This document shows, piece by piece, positions 1 through 11,885 of a stretch of 64,000 nucleotides of DNA. Origin of the DNA: Isurus oxyrinchus (Eukaryota); NCBI GenBank assembly GCA_026770705.1, contig JANJGN010000012.1:76322001-76386000 (forward strand), in the 5' to 3' direction. The notes beneath the pieces were generated by a model, which had not been told where the DNA came from, searched no databases, and was given only the letters and a program-made list of their open reading frames with translations. Numbering within the stretch: position 1 is the stretch's first letter; each line of letters begins with the position of its first letter. The position numbers were made by a program, and so were the translations under genes.

Positions 1-248
1 AGCTCTATCAGGTCACACCCTGCCCCAGACTCCTCCTTTCTAGAGAATTTGTGTTTGACTTGACTGTTAGGAGTAATTCTAGAAAGATTTAAGTCAGATT
101 AACGATGCTTCACCTTTGCTGATTGACCATCTCTAAGGCTGGGGACAACTAAGGTCAATGTAACATCATAGAAACCCACTTTACGGAGCAGCAGAAATGA
201 ACAGCGTTTAAATGTTTGATCCCAGCTTGATTCTTGTCCTGGCTTTAG

Positions 249-399
249 ATTGTTTGCCATTTAACCAATGTGGTACCTGCACAACTTTTAATGTCTGCCA
301 CGTTATCAAGAATTACACGCTCTGGAAGGTTGGTGACTATGGCAACATCAGTGGGCGAGAGAAGATGATGGCAGAGATCTATGCCAACGGTCCAATCAG
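249..399 (+). CDS. CTSZ: Cathepsin Z, third-to-last coding exon (upstream exons lie before the window)
   Basis: ttag|AT acceptor at 248/249 and CAG|gtacgg donor at 399/400. Translates [50 protein letters not shown], recognisable as cathepsin Z. 151 nt; phase joins the next exon. Confidence 0.96.
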
Positions 400-1592
400 G
401 TACGGTATTTTATCAGGTCCATCCCTTATAATGCTGTTCTCATAAGAATAATATAAAGTGAGAGACTGAACATTTGAGCAGATATGAAGGAATCTTGAGC
501 GCAACATTCACTGGTCCAGTTGTGGGAATCAGAGCAAGGAGTTTTCAAGCAGGCACTTACACTCATTGTCAGTAAACAATGAGAGCGGCCCACCTTCATG
601 TGTGAGCATTGACATTGAGAGTTGGCAAGTTATTCAACCATGAGGAATTAAACATGAGCTTTAGCTTCATTCATTTTATGCTCACGAGCAGTTTTCACTA
701 ATTGGGAGTTAGGAATCAGATTGGATTATTTTTGACCATCCCTCTCTAACCTAAGAATACTGAGACCAATGATAATGCTTTACCATTACTTTGATTTAGA
801 TCTACTAAATCTGCACTGATCAGAGATGTATCTTGCTTCACCTAACTGACTACCATCCAATCCAAGCCAGATTTTCTTTGGATATTTTTACTACAGGATT
901 AGCTATTAAACTACCCAGTCAGATGATGCTATGTTTATAGTCTCATATGCTAAAACGAGGTGCATTCTGCTAAATTACTTCTTTATTTTTAAAAGAAAAT
1001 AGATGTACATTGACAGCTGTGTTTCAGACTTCCAAGGTTTTTTTTATGATGTTCAAGCCTCTGGGAGAAGACATTTTGTCCAGAACATTCCTATGACATC
1101 AAGATTGGAGAAAGTTATCCACAATCCACTGACCTGTATGAACAATAAAGAGTTGGTGAAACTCTCCCTCAGTCTACACCTCACACAGCACATGCAAGGC
1201 AGATCCACAGCATTACACAACACAGAATGAAGCCATTAGCCCATCATGCCTATGTTGGCTCTTCGGTAGAGTTATCCAACCAGTCCTACTTCCTCCTTTC
1301 CACATAGGTCATTGTTTTTTTTTCCTTTAAATGTTTTTCTTTAAGTATTTATCCAATTTCCTTTTAAAAGTTACTGTTGAGTCTGGTTCCACTACCCTTT
1401 TCAGGCAGCACATTCAATATCACAACAGTTAGCTGTTTAAGAAAAATTTCCTCATGTTGTCTTTGGTTCTTTTGCCAATCAACTTCAATGTGTCCTCTGA
1501 CTTTTTTGAAAACAGAATAAGTAAGAAGAAACTATCAAAACAGTTAATGATTTTGAACTCTTCTATCAAATCCCCTCTTAACACTGTCTTTT

Positions 1593-1830
1593 TTTAAATT
1601 CATTAATGGGATGTGGGCGTTGCTGGCCAGGCCATCATTTATTGCCTATCCCCTAACTGCCCCTGTTCAGGGAGCATTTAAGAGTCATTAGACTCTTAAT
1701 TCCAGATTTTTTTTTATTGAATTCAATTCTATCATCTGCCATGGTGGGATTCAAACCTCAGTCCCCAGAGCATTACCCTGGGTCTCTGGATTACTAGTCC
1801 AATGATAATACCACTACACTATCACCTCCC
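1593..1830 (-). mobile_element. Short SINE made of the head and the 3' tail of the tRNA-headed LINE
   Basis: Minus strand reads GTGTAGTGGTATTATCATTGGACTAGTAATCCAGAGACCCAGGGTAATGCTCTGGGGACTGAGGTTTGAATCCC, then GGCAATAAATG...CCCACATCCCATTAATGAATTT. Inserted into a CR1 fragment. Confidence 0.85.
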
Positions 1831-2054
1831 CCACTGTCTGCTCGGAGGATAACAAACTCAATTTGTCCATAGTCTTCACATAACTAAATCATCCCTGGCA
1901 CCATTCTAGTAAATCTCCTCTGAACGCTCTCCTGCTCCAAGGCATTGAGATCCTTCCTCGAGCGTGGTGCCCAGAATTAAGCACAGTATTCCAGCTGAGG
2001 CCAAACCAGTATTTTACAAAGGTTCTGCATTACTTCCTTGCTTTTATATTCAAT

Positions 2055-2687
2055 GGGTTGAATCTTAACTCCCGTATCTTATAAAAAAAATCTGAAGCAG
2101 AACCTACCCACTTACAGTTTTAGCAGAGGTAGGGCATGAGGCAGGTGACCAACCTGCTTCTTGTGAGCAGGCTGATTATTTACATGTTATAATGAGGCTG
2201 CATGTCTTCATTTTAACAGGGTCAATCTATTTTTAACAACAGGCAACTGGGTTTCCCAGGTCTCAGGAAACTGGGAGGTTTAAAGGAGGTGAAAGGAACT
2301 AAATCATGAGACAAGTGCCTTTACAGCACATCTTGTGGGCCAAGAGAAGTAGGAACATTTCCTCCAGGACCAACAAGCAACCCTGCAAGCCCTCCCCACA
2401 GGATCAGGGCATCTGGACCATCAGCCCTCTTCCCCCAAGATATGAAACTCCCCCAATATGCATACCTATTCTCATAGCTTTGGCCCATGAAGCAAGCTTC
2501 CCACCTGAAAGGTATCTAGCCAGTGAAACTTTTTTAAAGGAGCCCTGCAGTTAAATTCTGTAGGACATTCGGGAAACCCGCTCTTTAGGTTTCCTGACCT
2601 CTCAGCAGCCCCACCCTACCTGCACTACCCCACCCCCCAGCCCGCTCCACTTCTCACCAATTCACCTCCATATTTAAAATCCTTCCC
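2055..2687. mobile_element. ~630-bp older non-autonomous DNA transposon with similar ends
   Basis: Ends GGGTTGAATCTTAA / TTAAAATCCTTCCC with aat/tat flanks; interrupts a minus-strand CR1. Confidence 0.55.
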
Positions 2688-3724
2688 TATGCTTTTTTAC
2701 AAAGTCAAAGATCCCAGGGTTTTTTTAACAGCTTTCTCAACTTGTCCTGCCACATTCAAAGATTTGTGTCCCTCTACTATCAAAGATTTGTGTCCCTCTA
2801 CTACCATCTCGCTTGCTCTGGCTCTCACCCCCTTTAAAATAGTATTCAGTTTACATCGTCTCCTTATTGTTCCTGCCAAAATGCATCACTTCACGCAACT
2901 TGGCCTTAAAGTTCATCCAGCATGTAAATGCCCATTTGACCAATATGTTTATGTTCTCTTGAGCTTTTAAGATCCAATGAATGTAAGGTTATCAAGTGGC
3001 AAAGTCAGCAGCCTGCACGGAGCCTTATGTCAATTTACAATGGCCATGCCCAGGCATTACCAAAACCAACATCTGCTATGTTTCTGTTTTTTTTTGTGGC
3101 AACAGTTAGAGTTGTGGTCTGTTGTTATGGATCCCCTATTCACCATGTGAATTATTTAATATGGTTTAAAATGATTTCAATATCAACAGAGCATTTCTTT
3201 AAAAATGGGGTTTTAGACCTTTAATACAATCTCAATTTAGCAGCAAAGATATAATATCAATTAATAAGATCTTTGCCTTTTATTAATCCAATGAAATGCT
3301 GTTTCTGTGTTGTGATAATGTAGGTAAAAATAGGACCCAAATTGCACTTAGCAAGGTCCCATAAATAATTATGATTAAATTACCAACTCATAATGTTTTT
3401 TGATGATAGTTGAACAATAAACATTGGATAGCACGCTGGGGACAACTCCCCTTCTCTTTGAATAATGGCATTCACCTGAAGGAATACAGGGGTCTCAGTT
3501 TAACATCTCAACCAAAAGGCAGCACCTCAGAATACAGCACTGAAGTATCAGCCTAGGTGTGCCTTAAGCCCACAACCAGTTGACGGGCTACAGTACTGCT
3601 TCTGACCCAAGGCTGTCACTTGAGAGCCTTGTAACCTACTGCTCAGTATGTGTGATACTCTATCCTATACTTGTTTGGAGAACTGGTTTGTGTTTGGTGA
3701 TTTCTTTCATTTGATTCTTTGTAG

Positions 3725-3890
3725 TTGTGGCATTATGGCTACAGAAAAGCTGGATGCCTACACTGGAGGAGTGTATGAGGAGTTCCACAAAGAGTCTACA
3801 ATAAACCATATTGTGTCAGTGGCAGGCTGGAGTGTAGATGAGAATGGAGTTGAATATTGGATTGTGCGCAACTCTTGGGGTGAACCATGG
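3725..3890 (+). CDS. CTSZ: Cathepsin Z, penultimate coding exon with catalytic His and Asn motifs
   Basis: tttgtag|T acceptor and TGG|gtaagt donor. Translates [55 protein letters not shown], with papain-family NH and NSWG motifs. 166 nt. Confidence 0.97.
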
Positions 3891-4419
3891 GTAAGTGCTG
3901 GCCAGATTCTTTATTACCAAGCAATCAGCCTTGAACTTTGTTGGTTTGGTCTACCTTGTGAAGCCATAAAGCCACACTGATAACCAACTTGTGACCCATT
4001 CATTCATTTTGGGCCAATATGGAGCCAAGATGACATGCCTGGCAGTGTAAGATTGAAACCACTCTTTGGGTGGCCTTGATAATCCAATATCTGAATCAGG
4101 CAGGACTGCAGTACCTCAGGCCAGTTAAGAGTGAACCAACATGACTGGCTCATTAATGGGATATAAATATCACTGGGACTGGGATTCTTCCTACTCAATT
4201 TCAGATAAAGATAACACTAAAGCCAATGAACCAGTTAATGTCCTAACTTAATAAATGACAAGAATCTTACCAGTGCTCTGGGCTTTGTGGTTTTAGCTGG
4301 GTAGATCCTGTAAACTCTGTCCATAAATTTGGCTGAGGGGGGAAGAATATGGGTCCACAAACCTTGGTTCTTGCCAGCCTGTGCCGAGGATGTGAATAAG
4401 TAGGGTGCATTCCTCCAGG

Positions 4420-4870
4420 GAGTGCATTCCATATCATCCTTAGTGCCTGCTCTGCCATTCAATTAGATCATGGCGGATGTGCACTTAAAACTATTCCACA
4501 TAATAATGACCCTTTGAGAGGAAAAAGTTTCTCCATCTCCCAGGAAACGTTCACCTAAAAAAAAAATTATCAATTTTGGGCTGTAAAGTTTCAATTCTCC
4601 CTCGGCATCTACAATCCTTTCGTAGAGTGAGTTGCAGAATTCTACTGCCCTTTGTGTGAAAAAGCACTTCCTGATTTCACTGCTAAATGGCCAGTTCTAA
4701 TTTTAAGATTATGCCCCCTTGTTCCAGGTTCCCACACCAGAAGAAATATCTTCTCTGTACCAAACCTGTTGGACCCCGTCAATATTTTAAACACCTCAAT
4801 CATATCTCCCAATGCAATACAAGCCAAGTTTAAGCGACCTGGCCCCATAATTTGACCCTTTAACCCTCTA
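4420..4870 (-). mobile_element. CR1 LINE 3' fragment
   Basis: GDMIEVFKIL...GTRGHNLKI; tail ccatgatctaattgaatggcagagcaggc. Confidence 0.75.
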
Positions 4871-5095
4871 CCAAATGATTTAGCTCGGTTTGAAAGCTGT
4901 TGACCACAGTAATGCATGTCCCTGCGATTCAGCCTCCAGCTATTAAAGAAAATGCTGTCTCGGCCAGCTGAGGATTAGGGGAGGCTTCCCAAGCTACAGT
5001 ATATGTGCTTTGTAAATGCTACTCTCTCATAGAGAGATTTCACCCGTCCTCAGTCAAGCTCACATTAACTCTAACTCTATGGGTTATTGTTTCAG

Positions 5096-5206
5096 GGGGA
5101 AAGAGGTTGGCTGCGGATCGTCACTAGCACCTACAAGGGAGGAAAAGGAAAACTCTATAACCTGGCACTAGAAGATGACTGTGCCTACGGAGACCCTATC
5201 CTGTAG
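5096..5206 (+). CDS. CTSZ: Cathepsin Z, last coding exon
   Basis: tttcag|GGG acceptor. Translates [36 protein letters not shown] then TAG at 5204-5206. Not in the ORF track (too short). Confidence 0.96.
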   Translation, partial: GERGWLRIVTSTYKGGKGKLYNLALEDDCAYGDPIL

Positions 5207-5416
5207 TTGCATACGGGTTTGACTGCAAGTCTACTCTTCATAGGAATGCAACTTTTAAAATATATGTATTTTTTAAAGTGCTAATCTAAAATGTAAATCA
5301 TTGAGGTTTACAAATCATTTCAGCTGAGGCACAATGTAAATTGAGCACAGGAAGTTTTTTTTCCAAAGAAAGGTGTAAAAGAGAATGTTATTTGTTATAC
5401 AGAGGCCACAATATGC

Positions 5417-5422
5417 ATTAAA
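5417..5422 (+). promoter_or_regulatory. Candidate CTSZ polyadenylation signal (ATTAAA)
   Basis: ATTAAA about 210 nt after the stop, followed by a T-rich tract near 5447-5457. A second ATTAAA at 7085-7090 is an alternative. Confidence 0.4.
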
Positions 5423-6309
5423 AGGCCCTTTTGAAAATCACAGGTGATTTTTTTTTTGGACCCAAGTCCATGTCACTTGTATTTAAGCTTGATGACTTGT
5501 AGAATAGACAAACTATTCATTCAAGATGGTTCCAGCGCAGCAGAGGTGTCTCGTTTTTCATACTGAAAAATCTCTGCATATAGCTTTGTGGGTAAAAGGG
5601 TATAAGATCAATCTTATCTTTTCCTAAAATGTATGCAGTGGGAAAGTAGTTGAGGATCTACGTCTAGTGTATTTATGCATAGCCTCGATTGCTTTGCTCT
5701 AGACTACCTGATGTAATCTCAACTCAACAATAATGATTGTTGACCTGATCAAATCCATCAAGAGCAGGACCACAGTAAAGTTCATCTTAACCATTACTTA
5801 CCAGACTGGTTGTATGCAAAGATGTATTACTGACACAACCTGAAATTTAAACTGGAAATGCAATGATGCAGCAGTGCTTTGTAAGCTTAAGTGATTCTTT
5901 TGAACCATCAGCAAGATCTAAATCATCATAAGCACATCATTAACCTAACTGTAAACTGCACAACATGCCACCATTAGCTGTGCTTCATTCCGTAACACCC
6001 TATCTAAATATAGAATTCCATTTGACTTTAGTGATTCAAGTCTTTTTTAGTCTATCAGTGTCGGCCTCCACTATAAAGCTGACTTTTAATGATCATATGA
6101 TTAATAATCATATCTTTGAGTAGCAGGCCTTTGTGATGCTGGCTGTTGTCAGTCTCCTAAGTATTTGAGATGCCTACTCCTATTTCTTATGTTATTTTAA
6201 GTTATCATCTGTGTTATTTCCTAATTTAACCAAATTGGTATGAACTGTAACTTCCTCAGTGAAGTGCTACACTGGTTTTGTATTATACATTTTGTATAAT
6301 AATATAAGT

Positions 6310-6835
6310 AGAAGGACCAGTCCACTTTGAGCCAGGCATCAGTTTTGAATGTGACAAAGGCACGCCCAATCCAGTCGACCTTGCAAGATCCTCCTCACTA
6401 ACTTGGGGACTTGTGCCACAAGCTGGAAGAGCTGAACCATTGGCAACAGCCTGACGGGGATGATTCTGTGAGTATGACTATCGATCAACTTCCCAGATTC
6501 CCCCATCACCATCATCCAGTATGGTCCTGCCCCGTGGACAGGACAGATACTAGAAATGGCAGCACTGTGGTACAGTGTCAGGTGTATACCAGGTAAATAC
6601 TGTGGCTACAAGTGCAGGTCAGAGGCTGGAATTCTGCAGTGGATAACTCACCTTCCACCTCCCCAAAGCCTGTCCACCATCTACAAGGTACAAGTCAGGA
6701 GTGTGATGGAATGCTCTCCACTTGACTGGATGAGTACAGCTCCAACAACACTGAAGAAGCTCAACACCATCCAGGACAAAGCAGTCCACTTGATTGGCAC
6801 CACATCCACCACTTTGAATATTCACTTCCTGCATC
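6310..6835 (+). mobile_element. Internally deleted, older copy of the tRNA-headed LINE family (EN start joined to C-terminal region)
   Basis: ctcctcactaacttggggacttgtgccac matches the EN start; 6595-6830 matches 14275-14510 (QSLSTIYKVQVRSVME). Confidence 0.75.
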
Positions 6836-7349
6836 CTCTGTATTTACTTTTTGATTTCAAGCAAAGTTACTTTTTCCAGCAATTTCAACCAATTCTTTGC
6901 ACCTTCTTTAACTGTGATAATCCCAGTGATCGGATGCTTGAGCTTTGAGCTGTATCTGGTTAAACGATAGCATTCGTACTTACTCCCTATATCATCTACT
7001 GTAATATGTCATATGCTGCAAAGTACATTTCCCTCTTCAAGAAAGTTGGACTGAAAAACACAAGATTATTCACAATTTTCAATCATTAAACTAGTTTATT
7101 ATAAAGTATACAAATTAATTGTTCAGAGTTTGATAATGGCCAATGTCCTATTCTTGAACAGGGAGGTGGGACTGACTATTGCTCCGTGGGTAGCCGACAT
7201 GGATGCAATGGGCCGAATGGCCTCCTCCTATACCATTAATGACTCTAAGTGTAGGCCCATTTTCAAGTTAGGTTATTTCAAAGTGATACATTTGATGGAA
7301 AGAATGCTGAAAAGCATATAAATCAAATTATACGTTTTTAAAGGGTGTG

Positions 7350-8110
7350 CAGGAACAGTGACCTGGGAGGTCTTTGAAGGTGGCCGACAAGTGGAAAAGG
7401 CTATTGAAAAAACATCTGGGATGCTTGGCATTATTAATAAAGACATAGAGCACAAAAGCTAAGTAGCGCTATAGCTTTCTAAAAATACTGGTTAGGCCTC
7501 AGCTGGAGTATTGTGTTTAATTCTGGGCGTCACATTTTAGGAAGCACTTGACGTGCCTTAGGCTGGGATTTTCCTGTCCTGCCGCAGTGGGGGATGTGGC
7601 AAGTCTTTCAAATCTTCGTTGACTTCAGCAGGACAGGAAGATCCCACCCTTAAGAAAGGGGTACAGAAGAGATTTTCTCAAATGGCACCAGGGATGAAGG
7701 GATTCAGATATGTGCTGGAACAAGGGATAGTGGGATTGTTCTTAAAGCGGAGGAGGTCAAGAATAGATTTGGTAGAGGTTTCAAAATCATGAATGTTTTT
7801 GATAATAAGTAAGGAAAAACAGTTTTCAATAGCACATGGGTTAGCAACCAGACAGCACAGATTTAAGGTGATTGGCAAAAGAGTCAGGAGCAACATTAGG
7901 AAACATTTCTTTAAACAGAGTTGTTGTGATCTGGAATGCACTGCCTGGAAGGTTGGTAGAAACAGATTCAATCGTAATTTTCAAAAGAGAATTGGATAAA
8001 TACATGAAAAAGTGCAGGGCTTTGAGAAAAGAATGAGATTATGGGACTTGTCTAACAAACAGCAGGAACAATGGGCTGAATGGCCTCATTCTGTCCTTCA
8101 TAATGCTATG
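7350..8110 (+). mobile_element. CR1 LINE 3' fragment
   Basis: gttaggcctcagctggagtattgtg (RPQLEYC); TRQHRFKV; tail gggctgaatggcctc. Confidence 0.8.
7561..7649. mobile_element. 89-bp PIF/Harbinger-type MITE
   Basis: 22-bp terminal inverted repeats (ggctgggattttcctgtcctgc / gcaggacaggaagatcccaccc, 2 mismatches) with a TTA duplication at 7558-7560 and 7650-7652; inserted in a CR1. Confidence 0.8.
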
Positions 8111-8599
8111 AAAATCTACAAAAGCTAGTTGGTGTTTCTGTTGCTTGCTGTAAGAAGTCTTTTTCCCACTTTGTCTGAGAAAAGTACAAACAATTCAGTC
8201 ACCATGAGAGGTCATCCACCAGAAGCACTAACATTAATTTGTTTATGCATGCTGCCTGAGCTGCTGAGTTCAGCAATTTCTCTTTCACTATTAACTCCTG
8301 CTGCCAACCAGAAAGACATCGGGAAGGATTCACAAGCGCACTCACCCACAATGCAGTTGCCAGTGCATGCGCAACTAATCCTGACACCTTTCCATTCGCT
8401 GAAGAAGTATCAGAGGGGCGTGCATGCCTACAGAGCACTTCATATTTCTGCTTTATTATTGGGAATAAACTTGCTGAATTTCCAGTGCAATACAGATGTA
8501 TGAAATAGAAATAATGATTGCAGGTTTAAGTAATAGTCTTCTGAAGCAAGTTGGAAAGGCTTTATGGAGGCAATTCCCAGCTAGCTCAGTTGGCTCTTA

Positions 8600-9657
8600 A
8601 GCTGAGTCATGGATAGAAGATTGGCTGGTAGAAGACAGAGTATGCACAAATGGGTCTTTTTCTGATTGGCATGGTGTGACGAGTGGAGTCCCACAGAAGT
8701 CTTGCTGGGGCCTCAGCTTTTTTCAATTTATATCCATAACTTGAATGAGGAGAGTGAAGGCATGGTAACTAAAATTTGCAGATGACACAAAGATAGGTAG
8801 GAAAGTATGTTGTAAAGAGAACATAGGATGTTGCAAATGGATATAGATAGGTTGAGTGAGTAGGCAAAAATTTGGCAGATGGAGTACAATGTGGGAAAAT
8901 GTGAAGTTGTTCACCTTGGCTGGAAGGATAAAAAAGTAAGAGTATTACTTAAATGAAGAACGACTGCAGAACTCTGAGATGCAGAGGGATCTAGGTACAT
9001 GTCATAAAAAGTTAATATGAAGGTACAGCAAATAATTAAGAAATCAAATGGAATGCTGTCCTTTATTACAAGAGGAATTGAACATAAAAATAGGGATGTT
9101 ATACTTCAGTTAGGGCATTGGTGAGACCACATCTCAAATAATGTGAACAGTTTTGGTCTCCTTATTAAAGGAAGGGTGTAAATGCTTTGGAGGCGGTTCA
9201 GAGGAGGTTCACTAGATCTGGAATGAGTGGGTTGTCTTATGATGAAAGGTTGGACAGACTGGGCTTGTTTCTACAGGAGTTTAGAAGACTGAGGGGTGAC
9301 ATTGAACTATATAACATTCTGAATGGTCTTGACAAGGTGGACATGGAAAGGATGTTTCCTCTTGTGGATGGCCCAGAACTGGGGACCCTGTTTTAAAATT
9401 AGGAGTCACCCTTTTAGGACAGAGATAAGGAGAATGTTTTTCTCTCAGAGGTTTGTGCAACTTTGGAACTCTCCGCTTCAGAAGGTGAATATTTTTAAGG
9501 CAGAGGTAATTAGATTCTTGTTAGGCAAGGGAATCAAATGCTATCAGGGATAGACGGGAAAGTGGAATTCGAAACACAAACAGACCAGCCATGATCTTAT
9601 TAAATGGCAGAGTAGGCCAAATGGCTTACTTCTGGCTCCTAATTCATATGTTCGTAT
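8600..9657 (+). mobile_element. CR1 LINE RT/3' fragment
   Basis: aaatttgcagatgacacaaag (KFADDTK); EAVQRRFTR; tail ggccaaatggcttact...catatgttcgtatg. Confidence 0.85.
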
Positions 9658-11204
9658 GGTCTTAGACTCCTCATTGGGTGATGATACTTTAAATTTAGTA
9701 TTGTTTGTTTACCAAAGATAGAATAAATGCTTTTGAATACATCTGCAAAAAGTCATATTCATAAAGCAATACCCCAATACAATTCTGATAAGAATTTTAA
9801 TAATGACTAACAAATGCACAGAACATTTTCGGAACAGTCATAAACCTAATATGGTTCTTTTTTAATTTATTCCCTAATACCAGGTTTCAGTTTGCCTTTC
9901 AAAACTTAATTTAGGATGTCTGTCTAGTTGCAAATGATAAAGTCACAGACTGACATGTATCTGCGCATGTGCAGGACATGCTCCCCTTAGTGTTGTGGCA
10001 CAAATAAACACAGCCTGTTTTCACTCTGTCATCCACCTTACTCTGTGATTGGCTTTCTAAGTTGTTAGTCACCAAGCTCCAAAATGGACTGACCATTCTA
10101 TATGTAGGCCAACAAACACCCACATTAGCTAGCTATCAAGATCAAATGGAAACCATTTGAGGCCTAAGACAGTTAATGTCAATGACTGAACATTTCAACT
10201 GTTTTATTTCCTGGGGTTTTCCCATTGTTTGAAAACCATAGGATTTTGTATAAAGAGGGAGTACCGCCATAGGCATGTCTCAGCTATGACTCCCTCCCAG
10301 GGTAGCTAGTTAACACTCCTAACTGCTAAGGAAACCAGCTTGGTTTCATTTCTGCTGGCTGAATGTTTGGGACAACTGGCTGATTTTAATATTGCAGAAT
10401 TAATATCCATTTAGAAATAGAGTTCAGGCATTATTATAATGATAAACATCTATTTTTTATAAAACTGCACTGACTTAATGTAAGTAAGCAACAATGTAAG
10501 GACAGATCATCATTTTTATGCAAATGAGCAAGAGAATTGTGCCTATGATGGGCGGTTTGATTTTATAATTAGATTAGGACGGGGTTCACTCTAATTTAAA
10601 AAAGATATTTTGTGGCAAATTAATTAAAAACAACGTATTTTTACAAACTCTAGGGTACATTGGCTACTCGAAGATTTTAAAAATCTGTTAATTTCTAACA
10701 AGCAGGCAATGGGGATTTCCACAAGGACTATTTCCCAGACACAATTTATATTTAAATAAAACGATGCCTATTTTATTAAGGATTGCCAAATTCTCTTCCT
10801 CTTTCAAGGTTGTTACTGCAACAGACATTGTTAGAATGCAGAAGTTAAACTCAATGTGAAAGGTTGCACCGCATCATGTGATGGTGAGGTACACATGAGA
10901 AATTGATGTTGTTCTCAATCGAGTTGCTAACCCTCCAGAATTGTCCTGGAGTCTCCAGGTATTAATGATTAAAACTCCTAGATATTACTGCAACCATCCC
11001 TGGGATAAAAATTAAAGGGGCATTTTTAAAAAGTGTGCTTTAGTTTTCTTGCACACTTATTTATTAGTTACCAACACAATTGGAGATGGGGAAATAGGCT
11101 GTAGGACTGAGTCATCCAAGTGGATAACTAGGTGTGAGCATTCACTGTACGGGTTCACAAGAGCATAACTAGGCAATTGGGTGAGACTGGAGGGAGACAT
11201 GATC

Positions 11205-11336
11205 ATAGAGCTGAAGAGTCATATGGACTCAAAACGTTGACTGCTTCTCTCTCCACAGATGCTGCTAGACCTGCTGAATTTTCCAGCATTTTCTGTTTTT
11301 GTTCCAGATTTCCAGCATCCCCAGTATTTTGCTTTC
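11205..11336 (+). mobile_element. Penelope terminal-repeat fragment with a degenerate hammerhead motif
   Basis: ctgaagagtcatatggactcaaaacgttgact...cagatgctgctagacctgctga...gatttccagcatcc, the same repeat as at the end of 14925-16345. Confidence 0.75.
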
Positions 11337-11885
11337 AAAGAAGGGAAGTAAATTCAGGTGATCCTTGTTTGCTATTTAAGGCTGATGTTTCACTGTCAGG
11401 AACTGATCTGGCTTTTTCTTTTAAAGTCACTAAATTGAGAACAAAAAGTGGCTGAACGTCAGTAGCTGCAGTCTGAGCTTTCCTTCGGGTAATAACTGCT
11501 GTGAATGATGCAGTGCAGAGCACTAATGGGTTTCTTTCTCCCCTTTTATTTTAGTGGGCAGTATATCAAATCCACCTGTGGGCCAGTCACTGGTAGTAAA
11601 TGTCCTCCGAGACTTAAATATCACTGCATTGACATAATATGCACTGTGCCTGATAGCTACACATGTATGTATACTGGGCTTTAATTACATTAGAGGAAAC
11701 CAGAACAGCAGTGGGTACACTCTGCTGCATTCAGTCACAGGAACTTAAATCTCCTTACAGCAGAACTTTTTTGATCAGTGCTAGACCGCCACAGAGATCT
11801 CAACATTCGGCCCCAGGACAAACACCTTGCCTGTGATATTCCCATCCTGACCTCCAGGAGAGGCGTCTATCCCATCCTGAGATCC

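Larger units (their letters stand above)
1210..2970 (-). mobile_element. CR1 LINE 3' region interrupted by a SINE and a MITE
   Basis: Reverse-strand tail agccattagcccatc; ttctgggcaccac; ORF piece AGQVEKAVKKTLGSL. Confidence 0.7.

Noticed and set aside
2756-2803. 24-bp direct duplication
   Set aside because: A simple slippage duplication inside a dead CR1.
9660-10910. AT-rich unique intergenic stretch as an enhancer or ncRNA
   Set aside because: No motif, structure or ORF evidence from sequence alone; it would need conservation data.
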